DNA of 54,112 nt, taken from Ottowia sp. Its GTDB lineage: Bacteria; Pseudomonadota; Gammaproteobacteria; Burkholderiales; Burkholderiaceae_C. The translations under genes and the position numbers were made by a program. The notes beneath the pieces were generated by a model. That model ran no database searches and was not told the DNA's origin. It saw only the letters and a list, made by a program, of their open reading frames with translations. The DNA lies in NCBI GenBank assembly GCA_017437605.1, contig JAFRYL010000145.1, positions 1-54,112 on the forward strand, given 5' to 3'. Positions 28,708-37,652 of this stretch are shown piece by piece. Within the stretch, counting starts at the first letter, position 1; every line of letters starts with the position of its first letter.

Positions 28708-29655
28708 TCAATAGCTTTCGCCGGCAGCGCGGCATTCGTCATAGAACTGGCAATAGAGCTGCCAGCGCTGTTCGTCCAGCGCGCCGCGTTGCACGGCGGC
28801 GGTGACGCTGCAGTCGGGTTCAGCACGGTGGGTGCAGTTGTAGAAGCGGCAGCCGCCGGTGTGCGCGGCGATGTCGGGCATGCAGGCGGCGAGTTGGTCG
28901 GCTTGAATGTGGCGCAGGCCGAATTGCTGGAATCCGGGTGAATCTATCAATGCGCTGGTTTTTGCCGCGTCCAGCCAGTACCAGGTGCTGGCGGTGGTGG
29001 TGTGGCGACCCGCCTGCAGCGCCTGCGATATTTCGCCGGTTTGGGCAGCGGCGCCGGGGATGAGGCGGTTGATGAGCGTGCTTTTGCCCGCGCCGCTTGG
29101 GCCGAGCAGCAGGGTGGTGCGTGCGCGCAAGAGCGGCAGCAGGGCGGCGTCGGGCGCTGTTTCGGGCGGCGCGGCGCGGCGAGCCTCGGCGCAAAGCGGC
29201 AGCACGCGGTAGCTGGCGGCGGCATACGGGGCAAGGCGTGCGAGCGCCTGCGCGAAGGGGGCGGCGAGGTCGGCCTTGTTGAGCGCAATGAGGGCGGGAA
29301 TGTGCGCGGCTTCGCAGGCGATGAGGGCGCGGGCGAGCTGCTCCAGCGAGGGCTGCGGCTCGGCGGCGAGCACGATGAGCACCTGGCTGATGTTGGCGGC
29401 AAAGAGGCGGCGGCGCATTTCATCTTGCCGGTAGAGCAGGGTGTGGCGCGGCTCTATTGTTTCAATCACTCCGCCGCCATGCACGGCGCGCCAGCGCACG
29501 GCGTCGCCCACGATGGCGTCCAGCTTGCGTCCGCGCATCTGGCAGGCGAGGCGCTCGCCCTGCGGCGTTTCTATCAGGCACTGCCGCCCACGGCTGGCGA
29601 CGACGCGCGCCAGCGGCAAGTCGTCGTTTTTGGGCGGGGCGGGGCGTTTGGCCAT
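28708..29655 (-). CDS. rsgA: Ribosome small subunit-dependent GTPase A
   Basis: NKAD, GPSGAGKSTLIN, GRHTTT, DSPG, CRFYNCTH..EPDC. Confidence 0.93.
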   Translation of the reverse strand: MAKRPAPPKNDDLPLARVVASRGRQCLIETPQGERLACQMRGRKLDAIVGDAVRWRAVHGGGVIETIEPRHTLLYRQDEMRRRLFAANISQVLIVLAAEPQPSLEQLARALIACEAAHIPALIALNKADLAAPFAQALARLAPYAAASYRVLPLCAEARRAAPPETAPDAALLPLLRARTTLLLGPSGAGKSTLINRLIPGAAAQTGEISQALQAGRHTTTASTWYWLDAAKTSALIDSPGFQQFGLRHIQADQLAACMPDIAAHTGGCRFYNCTHRAEPDCSVTAAVQRGALDEQRWQLYCQFYDECRAAGESY

Positions 29656-30959
29656 CAGTGTTCTTGCGCTGCCAGCCGTTCAAGCTGCGCGATGCGCTCG
29701 GCGGCGGGCGGGTGCGAGTAATGAAAGCGCGCGTAGAGCGCGTCGGGCGTGAGGGTGCTGGCGTTGTCGCGGTGCAGCTTGAGCAGCGCGCTGATGAGGG
29801 CGCGCGCGCTGGCGTGCTGCGCGGCCCAGGCGTCGGCCTCAAACTCGTAGCGGCGCGATTGCGCCGCCAGCAGCGGGGAGAGGAAAAATCCCGCCAGCGG
29901 CGCCGCCAGTGCCATGAGCGCGAGCGCCAGCGCCGAGTTGGGCACTGCGCCGCCCATGCTGGCGGGCAGGTTGGGCACGGCGCCCAGCCCCGTGTAAAAG
30001 CCGTTTTGCCCCGCGAGCCAGCCAAGCGCCGCCAGCGCCGCGAGGCTCACAGCCGCCAGCGCCCCCACTCGCCGCACGATGTGCCGCCTGCGCCAGTGGC
30101 CGATTTCGTGCGCCAGCACGGACTCAATTTCCTCCGGTGCAAGCTGCGAGAGCAGCGTGTCAAACAGCACCACGCGGCGCGCGGCGCCAAAGCCGGTGAA
30201 ATAGGCATTGGCGTGTGCGCTGCGGCGGCTGCCGTCCATCACCTGCAGCGTGCTGGCGCGCATGCCGCAGCGTTCCATCAGCGCCGTCAGGCGCGCGGCA
30301 AGCGCCTCATCGTCCAGCGGCGCGAAGCGGTTGAACAGCGGCGCAATCCACATCGGAAACACCACCATCATCACAAGCGAAAACCCCATCCACAGCGCCC
30401 ACACCCAGAGCCACCACAGGCCGCCCGCCGCCTGCATCAGCAGCAGCGCCGCCGAAAGCAGCGGCAGCGCGAGCGCCAGCGAAAGCAGGGCGGACTTGGC
30501 CGTGTCCGCCAGCCACAGCCGCCACGTCGTGCGGTTGAAGCCAAAACGCTGCTCGATGACAAAAGTCTGGTAGAGCGACAGCGGCATATCCAGCAGCGCG
30601 CCGATGGCGCCAAACGCCAGCAGCAGGGCCAGCGGCTGCAGCAGCGGGCGCGGGCCGATGAGGGCAAGCAGCGCACTGTTGAGCGCCTGCACCCCGCCCA
30701 GCAGCGTCCAGCCGAGCAGCACGGCGGCCTCCAGCGGCAGCGCCAGCAGCGCCAGGCGCAGGCGCGCGAGCGTGTAATCCGCCGCCTTCTGGTGCGCGGG
30801 CAAATCAATGGTGGCGGCAAAGGCCGCTGGCACCGCGCCCCGGTGCTGCGCCACGCTGCGCGCCTGCCGCAGCAGCAGCCATATCTGCACGGCGGCCTGC
30901 GCCAGCAGCAGCGCCACAAAACAGCCGGTGACAAGAGGGGCGGGCAGGGAATCACTCAT
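29655..30959 (-). CDS. M48 family metallopeptidase (Ste24-like)
   Basis: Multiple TM segments; DGSRRSAHANAYFTGFG, AHEIGH, EFEAD, YSHPP. Confidence 0.92.
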   Translation of the reverse strand: MSDSLPAPLVTGCFVALLLAQAAVQIWLLLRQARSVAQHRGAVPAAFAATIDLPAHQKAADYTLARLRLALLALPLEAAVLLGWTLLGGVQALNSALLALIGPRPLLQPLALLLAFGAIGALLDMPLSLYQTFVIEQRFGFNRTTWRLWLADTAKSALLSLALALPLLSAALLLMQAAGGLWWLWVWALWMGFSLVMMVVFPMWIAPLFNRFAPLDDEALAARLTALMERCGMRASTLQVMDGSRRSAHANAYFTGFGAARRVVLFDTLLSQLAPEEIESVLAHEIGHWRRRHIVRRVGALAAVSLAALAALGWLAGQNGFYTGLGAVPNLPASMGGAVPNSALALALMALAAPLAGFFLSPLLAAQSRRYEFEADAWAAQHASARALISALLKLHRDNASTLTPDALYARFHYSHPPAAERIAQLERLAAQEH

Positions 30960-31004
30960 GGGCGCAGTATGCCGCAGGGAGGGAGTGCGCGCCGGAGGTG
31001 CTCT

Positions 31005-31064
31005 ATACTTCATGCATAAACATCGGATTGCCGGCTCAACTTGCCGGCGGCAATATCAATACCC
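31005..31064. repeat. GCCGGC-core element E18 (long/short)
   Basis: ATACTT-N19-GCCGGC-TCAACTT-GCCGGC-N10-ATACCC. Confidence 0.85.
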
Positions 31065-31074
31065 TACAAAAACC

Positions 31075-31845
31075 ATGAAAAAACAGCTTTTCGCCGCAGC
31101 CCTTGCACTGTTCGCCTGCGCCGCACACGCCGCGCCGTGCGACACCACCACGGACGGCAACGCGCCCACGCCGCTGATGTATTCCGCGCGCACGGGCAAC
31201 GCCGAAAACGTGCGCTGCCTGCTGGCCGCGGGCGCCGACCCCAACGCCGCCGATGGTGGAGGGCGAACCGCGCTCCTGTTCGCCGCAGCCAAAAAACATG
31301 CCGACATCGTTCGCCTGCTCATTGACAAAGGCGCGGATGTCAACGCCGCTGACGAGGACGGCTGGACGCAGCTCATGCTCGCTGCGAGTGGAGGTCACAC
31401 CGACGCTGCACGCCTGCTCATAGAGCACGGCGCCGACCTCAACGCTGCCCACAAGGGCGGCACCACCGCGCTGATGATGGCGGCGATAAGCACGATAAGC
31501 ACCGACACCGCCCGGCTGCTCATTGAAAAGGGCGCCGACGTCAACGCACCCGACAAACACGGCAGAACTGCGCTGATGAACGCTGCGAGCAATCTCCGGC
31601 GCAACGGCGCCTCACGCTTGCTCATCGACGCTGGCGCGCAGGTCAATGCGGCCAACAAAAACGGCTTCACCGCGCTCATGGGCGCGGCATACAGCGGCCA
31701 GACCGACACCGTTCGCCTGCTCATTGAAAAAGGCGCCGATGTCAACGCCGCCGACAAGGACGGTGGCACTGCACTGGGGCGCGCTGTCAAGAAAGGGCAC
31801 ACCGACATCGCGGACATGCTGCGCGCCGCCGGTGCAAAAAGATAG
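31075..31845 (+). CDS. Secreted ankyrin-repeat protein ANK7 (~7 repeats)
   Basis: MKKQLFAAALALFACAAHA signal; ankyrin repeats; ends LRAAGAKR. Confidence 0.92.
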   Translation: MKKQLFAAALALFACAAHAAPCDTTTDGNAPTPLMYSARTGNAENVRCLLAAGADPNAADGGGRTALLFAAAKKHADIVRLLIDKGADVNAADEDGWTQLMLAASGGHTDAARLLIEHGADLNAAHKGGTTALMMAAISTISTDTARLLIEKGADVNAPDKHGRTALMNAASNLRRNGASRLLIDAGAQVNAANKNGFTALMGAAYSGQTDTVRLLIEKGADVNAADKDGGTALGRAVKKGHTDIADMLRAAGAKR

Positions 31846-31860
31846 GCGCTCTCATTTACG

Positions 31861-31929
31861 ATACTGCCTGCATAAAAATCAACTTTCCCGTATAACAAGC
31901 CGGCAAGTAACGCTTGTTTTCAGGGGTAT
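31861..31929. repeat. GCCGGC-core element E19 (long/long, decayed left core)
   Basis: ATACTG-N19-TCCCGT-ATAACAA-GCCGGC-N19-GGGTAT. Confidence 0.7.
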
Positions 31930-31943
31930 CTAAAACACATCGC

Positions 31944-32002
31944 ATACTCTGCAAAAACATATTCCATCACCGGCAACTTGTGCCGGTGATGCTGTGATAC
32001 CC
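31944..32002. repeat. GCCGGC-core element E20 (long/short)
   Basis: ATACTC-N19-ACCGGC-AACTTGT-GCCGGT-N9-ATACCC. Confidence 0.85.
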
Positions 32003-32143
32003 ATGCAAATGGAGGAAAGGCAGCTTAAGCAAATATTGCACAAGTTCTGCGTCCGGGCGTACCATGCGCTTATGCGGGCGTCAGCCGGAACCAAAGTCCT
32101 GACCGGGGCGCCCTTTCCCAAGGCGTTTTACAGGAGACAAACC

Positions 32144-33634
32144 ATGACAGATGTCAAATTGCAGGACAAATATCAGCTTTTCATCGGCGGGCAGTGGCGC
32201 GATGCCTCGGACGGCAAGACCTTCACCACCACCAACCCGGCCAACGGCCAGACGCTGGCGCAGTGCGCCGAAGCCACCAAGGAAGATGTGGACGCGGCTG
32301 TGGACGCGGCATGGAAAGCGTTTGAGAGCTGGAAGAAGGTGCCGGTCAACGAGCGCGCCGTCATCCTCAACAAGATTGCCGACATCATCGACGCCAACGC
32401 CGCGCATCTGGCGATGGTGGAAACGCTGGACAACGGCAAACCCATCCGCGAGACGCTGAACGTGGACGTGCCGCTGTCCTCGCAGCACTTCCGCTACTTC
32501 GCGGGCTGCATCATGGCCGAGGAAGGCAGCGCCAACATGCTCGGCAACGACACGCTCAGCCTCATCCTGCGCGAACCCATCGGCGTGGTCGGCCAAATCG
32601 TGCCCTGGAACTTCCCCTTCACAATGGCGGCGTGGAAGCTCGCCCCCGTGCTGGCGGCGGGCTGCTGCACCGTGCTCAAGCCCTCCAGCACCACGTCGCT
32701 GAGCGTGCTTGAGTTTGCCCGCCTGATTCAGGACGTGTTGCCGCCCGGCGTCATCAACGTCATCACCGGCTCGGGCGCGCGCTCTGGCCAGTTCATGCTC
32801 GACCACAAGGGCTTCCGCAAGCTCGCCTTCACCGGCTCCACCGAAGTGGGGCGCAGCATCGCGCTGGCTGCTGCCGAGCGCCTCATCCCCGCCACGCTGG
32901 AACTCGGCGGCAAGTCGGCCAACATCTTCTTTGAAGACTGCGACTTTGAAATGGCCATGGACGGGCTGCAGATGGGCATCCTGTTCAACCAGGGGCAGGT
33001 GTGCTGCGCTGGCTCGCGCGTCTTTGTGCAGGAGGGCATCTACGACAAGTTCGTGGAAGAAGCTGTCAAACGCTTCAATGCCGTCAAGGTCGGCTTGCCC
33101 ACAGACCCCGCCACGCAAATGGGTTCGCAGATTGACAAGCGCCAGATGGAAAAAATCCTGCGCTACGTGCAAATCGGCAAGGAAGAAGGCGCCACCGTGC
33201 TCTGCGGCGGCGAACAGGCCACCGACGGCGCACTCGCCCAGGGCTGCTTCATCAAACCCACGCTGCTCGGCAACGTGAACAACAAGATGCGCGTGGCGCA
33301 GGAAGAAATCTTCGGCCCCGTGGCCTGCATCATCAAGTTCAAGACCGAAGACGAAGTGGTGGCGATGGCCAACGACAGCGTCTACGGCTTGGGCGGTGCC
33401 GTGTGGACGCGCGACATCAACCGCGCCATCCGCGTGGCGCGCGCCGTGGAAACCGGCCGCATGTGGGTCAACTGCTACAACGTGCTGCCCGAAGGCGCGC
33501 CCTTCGGCGGCTACAAGGAATCCGGCATTGGCCGCGAAACCCACAAGGTCATTCTGGAACACTACACCCAGATGAAGAACATCATGATTAACCTCGCGGA
33601 AGCGCCCACCGGCTTTTACCCGAAACCGGCCTGA
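32144..33634 (+). CDS. Aldehyde dehydrogenase
   Basis: AGGAG RBS; VPWNFP, FTGSTEVG, LELGGKS, NQGQVCCAGSR, EEIFGPV. Confidence 0.95.
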   Translation: MTDVKLQDKYQLFIGGQWRDASDGKTFTTTNPANGQTLAQCAEATKEDVDAAVDAAWKAFESWKKVPVNERAVILNKIADIIDANAAHLAMVETLDNGKPIRETLNVDVPLSSQHFRYFAGCIMAEEGSANMLGNDTLSLILREPIGVVGQIVPWNFPFTMAAWKLAPVLAAGCCTVLKPSSTTSLSVLEFARLIQDVLPPGVINVITGSGARSGQFMLDHKGFRKLAFTGSTEVGRSIALAAAERLIPATLELGGKSANIFFEDCDFEMAMDGLQMGILFNQGQVCCAGSRVFVQEGIYDKFVEEAVKRFNAVKVGLPTDPATQMGSQIDKRQMEKILRYVQIGKEEGATVLCGGEQATDGALAQGCFIKPTLLGNVNNKMRVAQEEIFGPVACIIKFKTEDEVVAMANDSVYGLGGAVWTRDINRAIRVARAVETGRMWVNCYNVLPEGAPFGGYKESGIGRETHKVILEHYTQMKNIMINLAEAPTGFYPKPA

Positions 33635-33660
33635 GTGCGCGGACAGTTGACATGACCAAC

Positions 33661-33689
33661 GGGGCCGCCGCGCGCGGCCCCTTTTTTTT
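33661..33689 (+). terminator. Intrinsic terminator
   Basis: GGGGCCGC-loop-GCGGCCCC followed by T8. Confidence 0.75.
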
Positions 33690-33702
33690 GATGGAGAAAA
33701 AC

Positions 33703-34167
33703 ATGGGCAAATTCGCAGGCAAAAAACTGCTGCTTTTGGGCGAACGCAGCGGCGTATCCGGCGAAGCGATGGAAAAAATCTTCGCTGACAGCGGCGCAGA
33801 AATCGTCTACGTGGACACAAGTTGCCTCGGCTGCAGCCTGATAGAGGCGCTCGACCGCCGCAGCCAGCAGCGCGTGCGCGCCGCAGCCGAGCAGTGGGGC
33901 GCAGAAAACCTCGTCGCCATCATCGGCTGCGCCGACACAGCGGGCGCCAAGGTCTACGCCGAAACACTCACCAGCGGCGACCCCTACGAAAGCGGATCGC
34001 TCGCAGGCATCGCCCTGCACCTTCCCGTCTTCCACGCGCTCGACGACGAAATCAAAGCCGACATCGCCCCCGAACTCTGGAAAGAACACATCAGCATGAT
34101 GGAACGCATCCTCGATGCCCCCGCGCTCGCCTCTACCGTGCGCGCTGTCAGGGAAGCCAAAGCGTAG
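33703..34167 (+). CDS. Glycine/sarcosine/betaine reductase protein A (GrdA)-like, Cys form
   Basis: GKKLLLLGERSGVSG..TSCLGC..GAENLVAIIG..AETLTSGDP..G.LAGI.L.L.V.H..SMME parallels clostridial GrdA (recognised from memory). Confidence 0.75.
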   Translation: MGKFAGKKLLLLGERSGVSGEAMEKIFADSGAEIVYVDTSCLGCSLIEALDRRSQQRVRAAAEQWGAENLVAIIGCADTAGAKVYAETLTSGDPYESGSLAGIALHLPVFHALDDEIKADIAPELWKEHISMMERILDAPALASTVRAVREAKA

Positions 34168-34177
34168 CGAAAGATGA

Positions 34178-34236
34178 CAGTATTACTGCATCGCCGGTAA
34201 CATAAGCCGGTAACCAAGTGCATATTCAGTGTGTAT
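34178..34236. repeat. GCCGGC-core element E21 (short/long)
   Basis: CAGTAT-N9-GCCGGT-AACATAA-GCCGGT-N19-GTGTAT. Confidence 0.85.
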
Positions 34237-34251
34237 ACGGCAAAAAGGCGC

Positions 34252-34281
34252 AAAAAAACGGGCGGTTGGGTGCCGCCCGTG
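34252..34281 (-). terminator. Intrinsic terminator
   Basis: A7-CGGGCGG..CCGCCCG hairpin past the CMD gene stop. Confidence 0.7.
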
Positions 34282-34306
34282 CAGCGCCGGTTTTTATTGC
34301 CCGACG

Positions 34307-35203
34307 CTATTTCAGCTTGGCGTATTCCGCCGGGTCAACCGGCTCCAGCCACTCGGTTTCCGCGCCTTCCTGCATGGCTGTCAGGTGCTGGAACCACGAA
34401 CCGGGCGCCGCGCCGTGCCAGTGCTTCACCCCTGCGGGAATGGTCACCGTGGTGCCCGGCTCCATTTTCTGCGGCGCTTCGCCCCAAATCTGGTAATAGC
34501 CTTCGCCAGCCGCGCCCACCAGCACCTGGCATGATTTGTGGTGCTTGTGCCAGTGATTAATCACGCCGGGCGCAAATGTGACATTCGCCGTATTGATGCC
34601 GTGCCCGCCCGCCAGCGGCGCCAGCCATGTTTTGCCGGTGAAATATTTTTCATACGCCGTGTTGGGTTTGCCAATCGGGAACGTGGTGTGCCCCTTGGCG
34701 GCAAAGGCGCGGGTGATTTCCTCCACCGGCACGCCATCGGCGGCGCCCTGTTGTTGTGCTGCTGCGGCGGGCGCGTCGGCATACACCTCCTTGGCCATGC
34801 GGAAGGCCGCCCACGCCTTGGGCCAGCCAGCGTAAAAGCCAAGCTGCGTAATCACCTCCACAATCTCGGCTTGCGTGACGCCGTTTTTCTTTGCGCTTTC
34901 AATGTGGTATTTGAGCGAGCTGTCAATCACGCCGCTGGAAATGAGCGCCGAAAGGGTGACGATGCTGCGCTCGCGCAGCGGCAGCACGTCATTTTTTGAC
35001 CAGACTTCGCCAAACAGGATGTCGTCGTTGTAGCGCGCAAAATCCGGGGCGAACTCACCCAGGACGTCGCGCCCGGCGGTCTGCACGACCTTGACTGCTT
35101 TTTTCGGCTGCTTCATCTCTTGTGCCTGCAGAGTGGTTGAAAAGACGGTGGAAAATACGGCAGCGCCTGCCAGCGCCGCACATGCTGCTCGTGGTTTCAT
35201 CAT
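34307..35203 (-). CDS. Carboxymuconolactone decarboxylase-like + cupin fusion with signal peptide
   Basis: NDDILFGEVWS..RERSIVT..GFYAGWP; NVTFAPG..HWHKH..GVKHWHGA. Confidence 0.85.
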   Translation of the reverse strand: MMKPRAACAALAGAAVFSTVFSTTLQAQEMKQPKKAVKVVQTAGRDVLGEFAPDFARYNDDILFGEVWSKNDVLPLRERSIVTLSALISSGVIDSSLKYHIESAKKNGVTQAEIVEVITQLGFYAGWPKAWAAFRMAKEVYADAPAAAAQQQGAADGVPVEEITRAFAAKGHTTFPIGKPNTAYEKYFTGKTWLAPLAGGHGINTANVTFAPGVINHWHKHHKSCQVLVGAAGEGYYQIWGEAPQKMEPGTTVTIPAGVKHWHGAAPGSWFQHLTAMQEGAETEWLEPVDPAEYAKLK

Positions 35204-35254
35204 GCCTCCTGTGTTTGGAAAAGAGCCAGCCGCGCCCGCGCGCGGCGGTGTGGC

Positions 35255-36337
35255 TTATTTCAGGTACTGGTTGAAGAAGGTGGCCATTTTCTCAAAGGGG
35301 ATGATGTCCATGCGGTCGTACAAGTCTGTGTGTACCGCGCCGGGGATAATCATCAGCTCCTTGTTGTTGCCTTTGAGGTTTTTGAAGGCGTCGCGGCTGA
35401 AATAGACTGAATGCGCTTTTTCGCCGTGAATGAGCAGCGCTGCGCTTTCCATCTCGCTGCTGTATTGCAGCAGCGGCGCGTTGAGCAGGGAGAGGGCAGC
35501 GGTGACATTCCAGCCTTCGTTGGAGTTGAGCGAGCGTTTGTGGTAGCCGCGCGGCGTTTTGTAGTAGTCAAAATAGTCCTTGACGAAAAACGGCGCATCC
35601 TCCGGCAGTTTGTCGGGCACGCCGCCAGCGCGTTTGTAGCTGCCGCTCTTGTAATCTTCGGTGCGCTGCTGCGCCAGCGCCTGGCGCGTTTTCTGGCGCG
35701 CGGCGGCGTTGTTGCCTTCGTCAAAATAGCCGTTGGCGGTCACGCGGCTCATGTCGTACATGGTGGTGGCGACGGTGGCCTTGATGCGCGGGTCAAGCGT
35801 TGCGGCGTTCAGCGCCATGCCGCCCCAGCCGCAGATGCCGATGATGCCGATGCGCTGCGGGTCCACATCGCTGCGGGTGGAAAGATAATCCACGGCGGCG
35901 CTGAAATCCTCGGTATTGATGTCGGGCGAGTTCATGTAGCGCGGCTGCCCGCCGCTTTCGCCGGTGTATGAGGGGTCAAAGGCGATGGTGAGAAAACCGC
36001 GCTCGGCCATGGTTTGTGCGTAGAGGCCGCTGCTTTGCTCTTTCACCGCGCCAAACGGCCCGCTGACGGCAATGGCGGGCAGTTTGCCCGTTGCGCCCTT
36101 GGGCACGTAGACATCAGCGGCCAGCGTGATGCCAAAGCGGTTGACAAAAGTGATTTTGCTGTGCGTGACCTTGTCGCTCAGTTTGAAGGTTTTGTCCCAC
36201 TCCTGCACCAGCGTGAGCGGTTCGGTTTTCATCATGGGCATCTCCTGTTTGGTGGTGGCGGTTTGTGCGGCGGCAGAAAATCCTGCCAGCGCCGCGCATG
36301 CGGCGGCAACGATGTTTGCAAATGTGCGTCGGTTCAT
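35255..36337 (-). CDS. Alpha/beta hydrolase with putative Tat signal
   Basis: MNRRTF leader; GPFGAVKEQ, AFDPSYTGESGG, GICGWGG, HTDLYD. Confidence 0.85.
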   Translation of the reverse strand: MNRRTFANIVAAACAALAGFSAAAQTATTKQEMPMMKTEPLTLVQEWDKTFKLSDKVTHSKITFVNRFGITLAADVYVPKGATGKLPAIAVSGPFGAVKEQSSGLYAQTMAERGFLTIAFDPSYTGESGGQPRYMNSPDINTEDFSAAVDYLSTRSDVDPQRIGIIGICGWGGMALNAATLDPRIKATVATTMYDMSRVTANGYFDEGNNAAARQKTRQALAQQRTEDYKSGSYKRAGGVPDKLPEDAPFFVKDYFDYYKTPRGYHKRSLNSNEGWNVTAALSLLNAPLLQYSSEMESAALLIHGEKAHSVYFSRDAFKNLKGNNKELMIIPGAVHTDLYDRMDIIPFEKMATFFNQYLK

Positions 36338-36359
36338 GATGTTCTCCTGAAAAAATCGT

Positions 36360-36779
36360 TCATTTCTGCACGGATATGGTGACGCGCCCGCGCAGTTTTT
36401 CAATGGTGGCTGCGTCGCGGCATTCGCCCAGTGCGTAGCGCCCGCTGTACGGGCCGCTGTTCTTGTAGAACAGCACGACGTGGTTCCACGGTGCGAAGTA
36501 GGCGAGGGTGCCCGCGCTGCCGTCGTCCGGCTGCGCGTCGGTGGTGTCCAGCTTGGCTGGTGGGGAAAAGGTTTTTTCCTGTCCGGCGTAGTCGCTGATG
36601 TCCAGCGAGAGCGGCAGTTGCGAGAGCAGGTCGCGCGCGGCGCGGCTGCTGTTGAGCGCGCACACGACTTCGTGCGCCTCAGATTTCACGACGATGTTCA
36701 TGGCGGCGCCTTCCTGCGCGGCGGCACTAAAAGCGAGTGCGCCGAGCAGGGCGGCGGCTGTGCGGGCGGCGCGGTTCAC
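36360..36779 (-). CDS. Cyclophilin-like fold protein, exported
   Basis: ARDLLSQLPL..DY..EK..LAYFAPW..VLFY; GTG start overlaps upstream TGA. Confidence 0.7.
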   Translation of the reverse strand: MNRAARTAAALLGALAFSAAAQEGAAMNIVVKSEAHEVVCALNSSRAARDLLSQLPLSLDISDYAGQEKTFSPPAKLDTTDAQPDDGSAGTLAYFAPWNHVVLFYKNSGPYSGRYALGECRDAATIEKLRGRVTISVQK

Positions 36780-37552
36780 AGGAAGGCTCCGTTGCATACC
36801 TGCAGCACCTGCCCGCGCACGGCGCGCCCCATTTTGCTGGCGAGATACAGGCAGGCATAGGCCTGGTCAATGGCCTCGCATTCGGGGCCGGGAAAATAGA
36901 CGAAGTGTTTGCTGTATTCCAGCATTTTTGCGCCGCCGGGCTGCTCACCCGCCTTGTTTGCAATATGCGCCGGGGTGATGGTGGCGCCGGGCGCGACGGC
37001 GTTGCAGCGGATATTGGTGCCCACCAGCCGCATGGCGACGTTTTTGGTGAGTGTGTTGAGCGCGCCTTTGGTGGCGGTGTAGGTGGCGCCGCAAAAGGGG
37101 CGTGTGCCGTTGACGGAGGAAATGTTGATAATCACGCCGTCGTTTTTCGGCAGGAAGATTTTCAGCGCCTCGCGGATGTAGCGCATGGGGCCAGCGAGGT
37201 TGGTGTCCATGACGTGCATCATCCATTCGTCATCGGTTTCGTCAATCATTTTCTGTTCGCCGATGCCCGCGTTGTTGATGAGAATATCAACATCGCCAAA
37301 GGCTTCAAGCGTGGCGGCAAAGACGCGCTGTGTGTCCGCCAGCGATTTGGTGTCGGCCACAATGCCAACGGCTCTGCCGCCGCCAGCAGTGGCGTTGATT
37401 TTGTCCACCACGGCGTCGAGCTTTTCTTTGCCGCGCGCGGTCAGCGCCACGTTCGCGCCTTCGGCGGCGAACAGCTCGGCCATCGCCACCCCCATGCCAT
37501 AGCTTGCGCCGGTGATGATGGCGGTCTTGCCCGCCAGCATGTGTGCGTCCAT
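36776..37552 (-). CDS. Short-chain dehydrogenase/reductase
   Basis: TGASYGMG, NNAG, YTATK, NAVAPG. Confidence 0.9.
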   Translation of the reverse strand: MDAHMLAGKTAIITGASYGMGVAMAELFAAEGANVALTARGKEKLDAVVDKINATAGGGRAVGIVADTKSLADTQRVFAATLEAFGDVDILINNAGIGEQKMIDETDDEWMMHVMDTNLAGPMRYIREALKIFLPKNDGVIINISSVNGTRPFCGATYTATKGALNTLTKNVAMRLVGTNIRCNAVAPGATITPAHIANKAGEQPGGAKMLEYSKHFVYFPGPECEAIDQAYACLYLASKMGRAVRGQVLQVCNGAFL

Positions 37553-37652
37553 CAGGTTCTCCTTGCATTCAGCCGCGCTGCAAAAGCGCAGCGCAGGTGC
37601 AATGTAATACCACGCGCCGCAATATGCCAATACTTTTATTGAATATGGTGTT

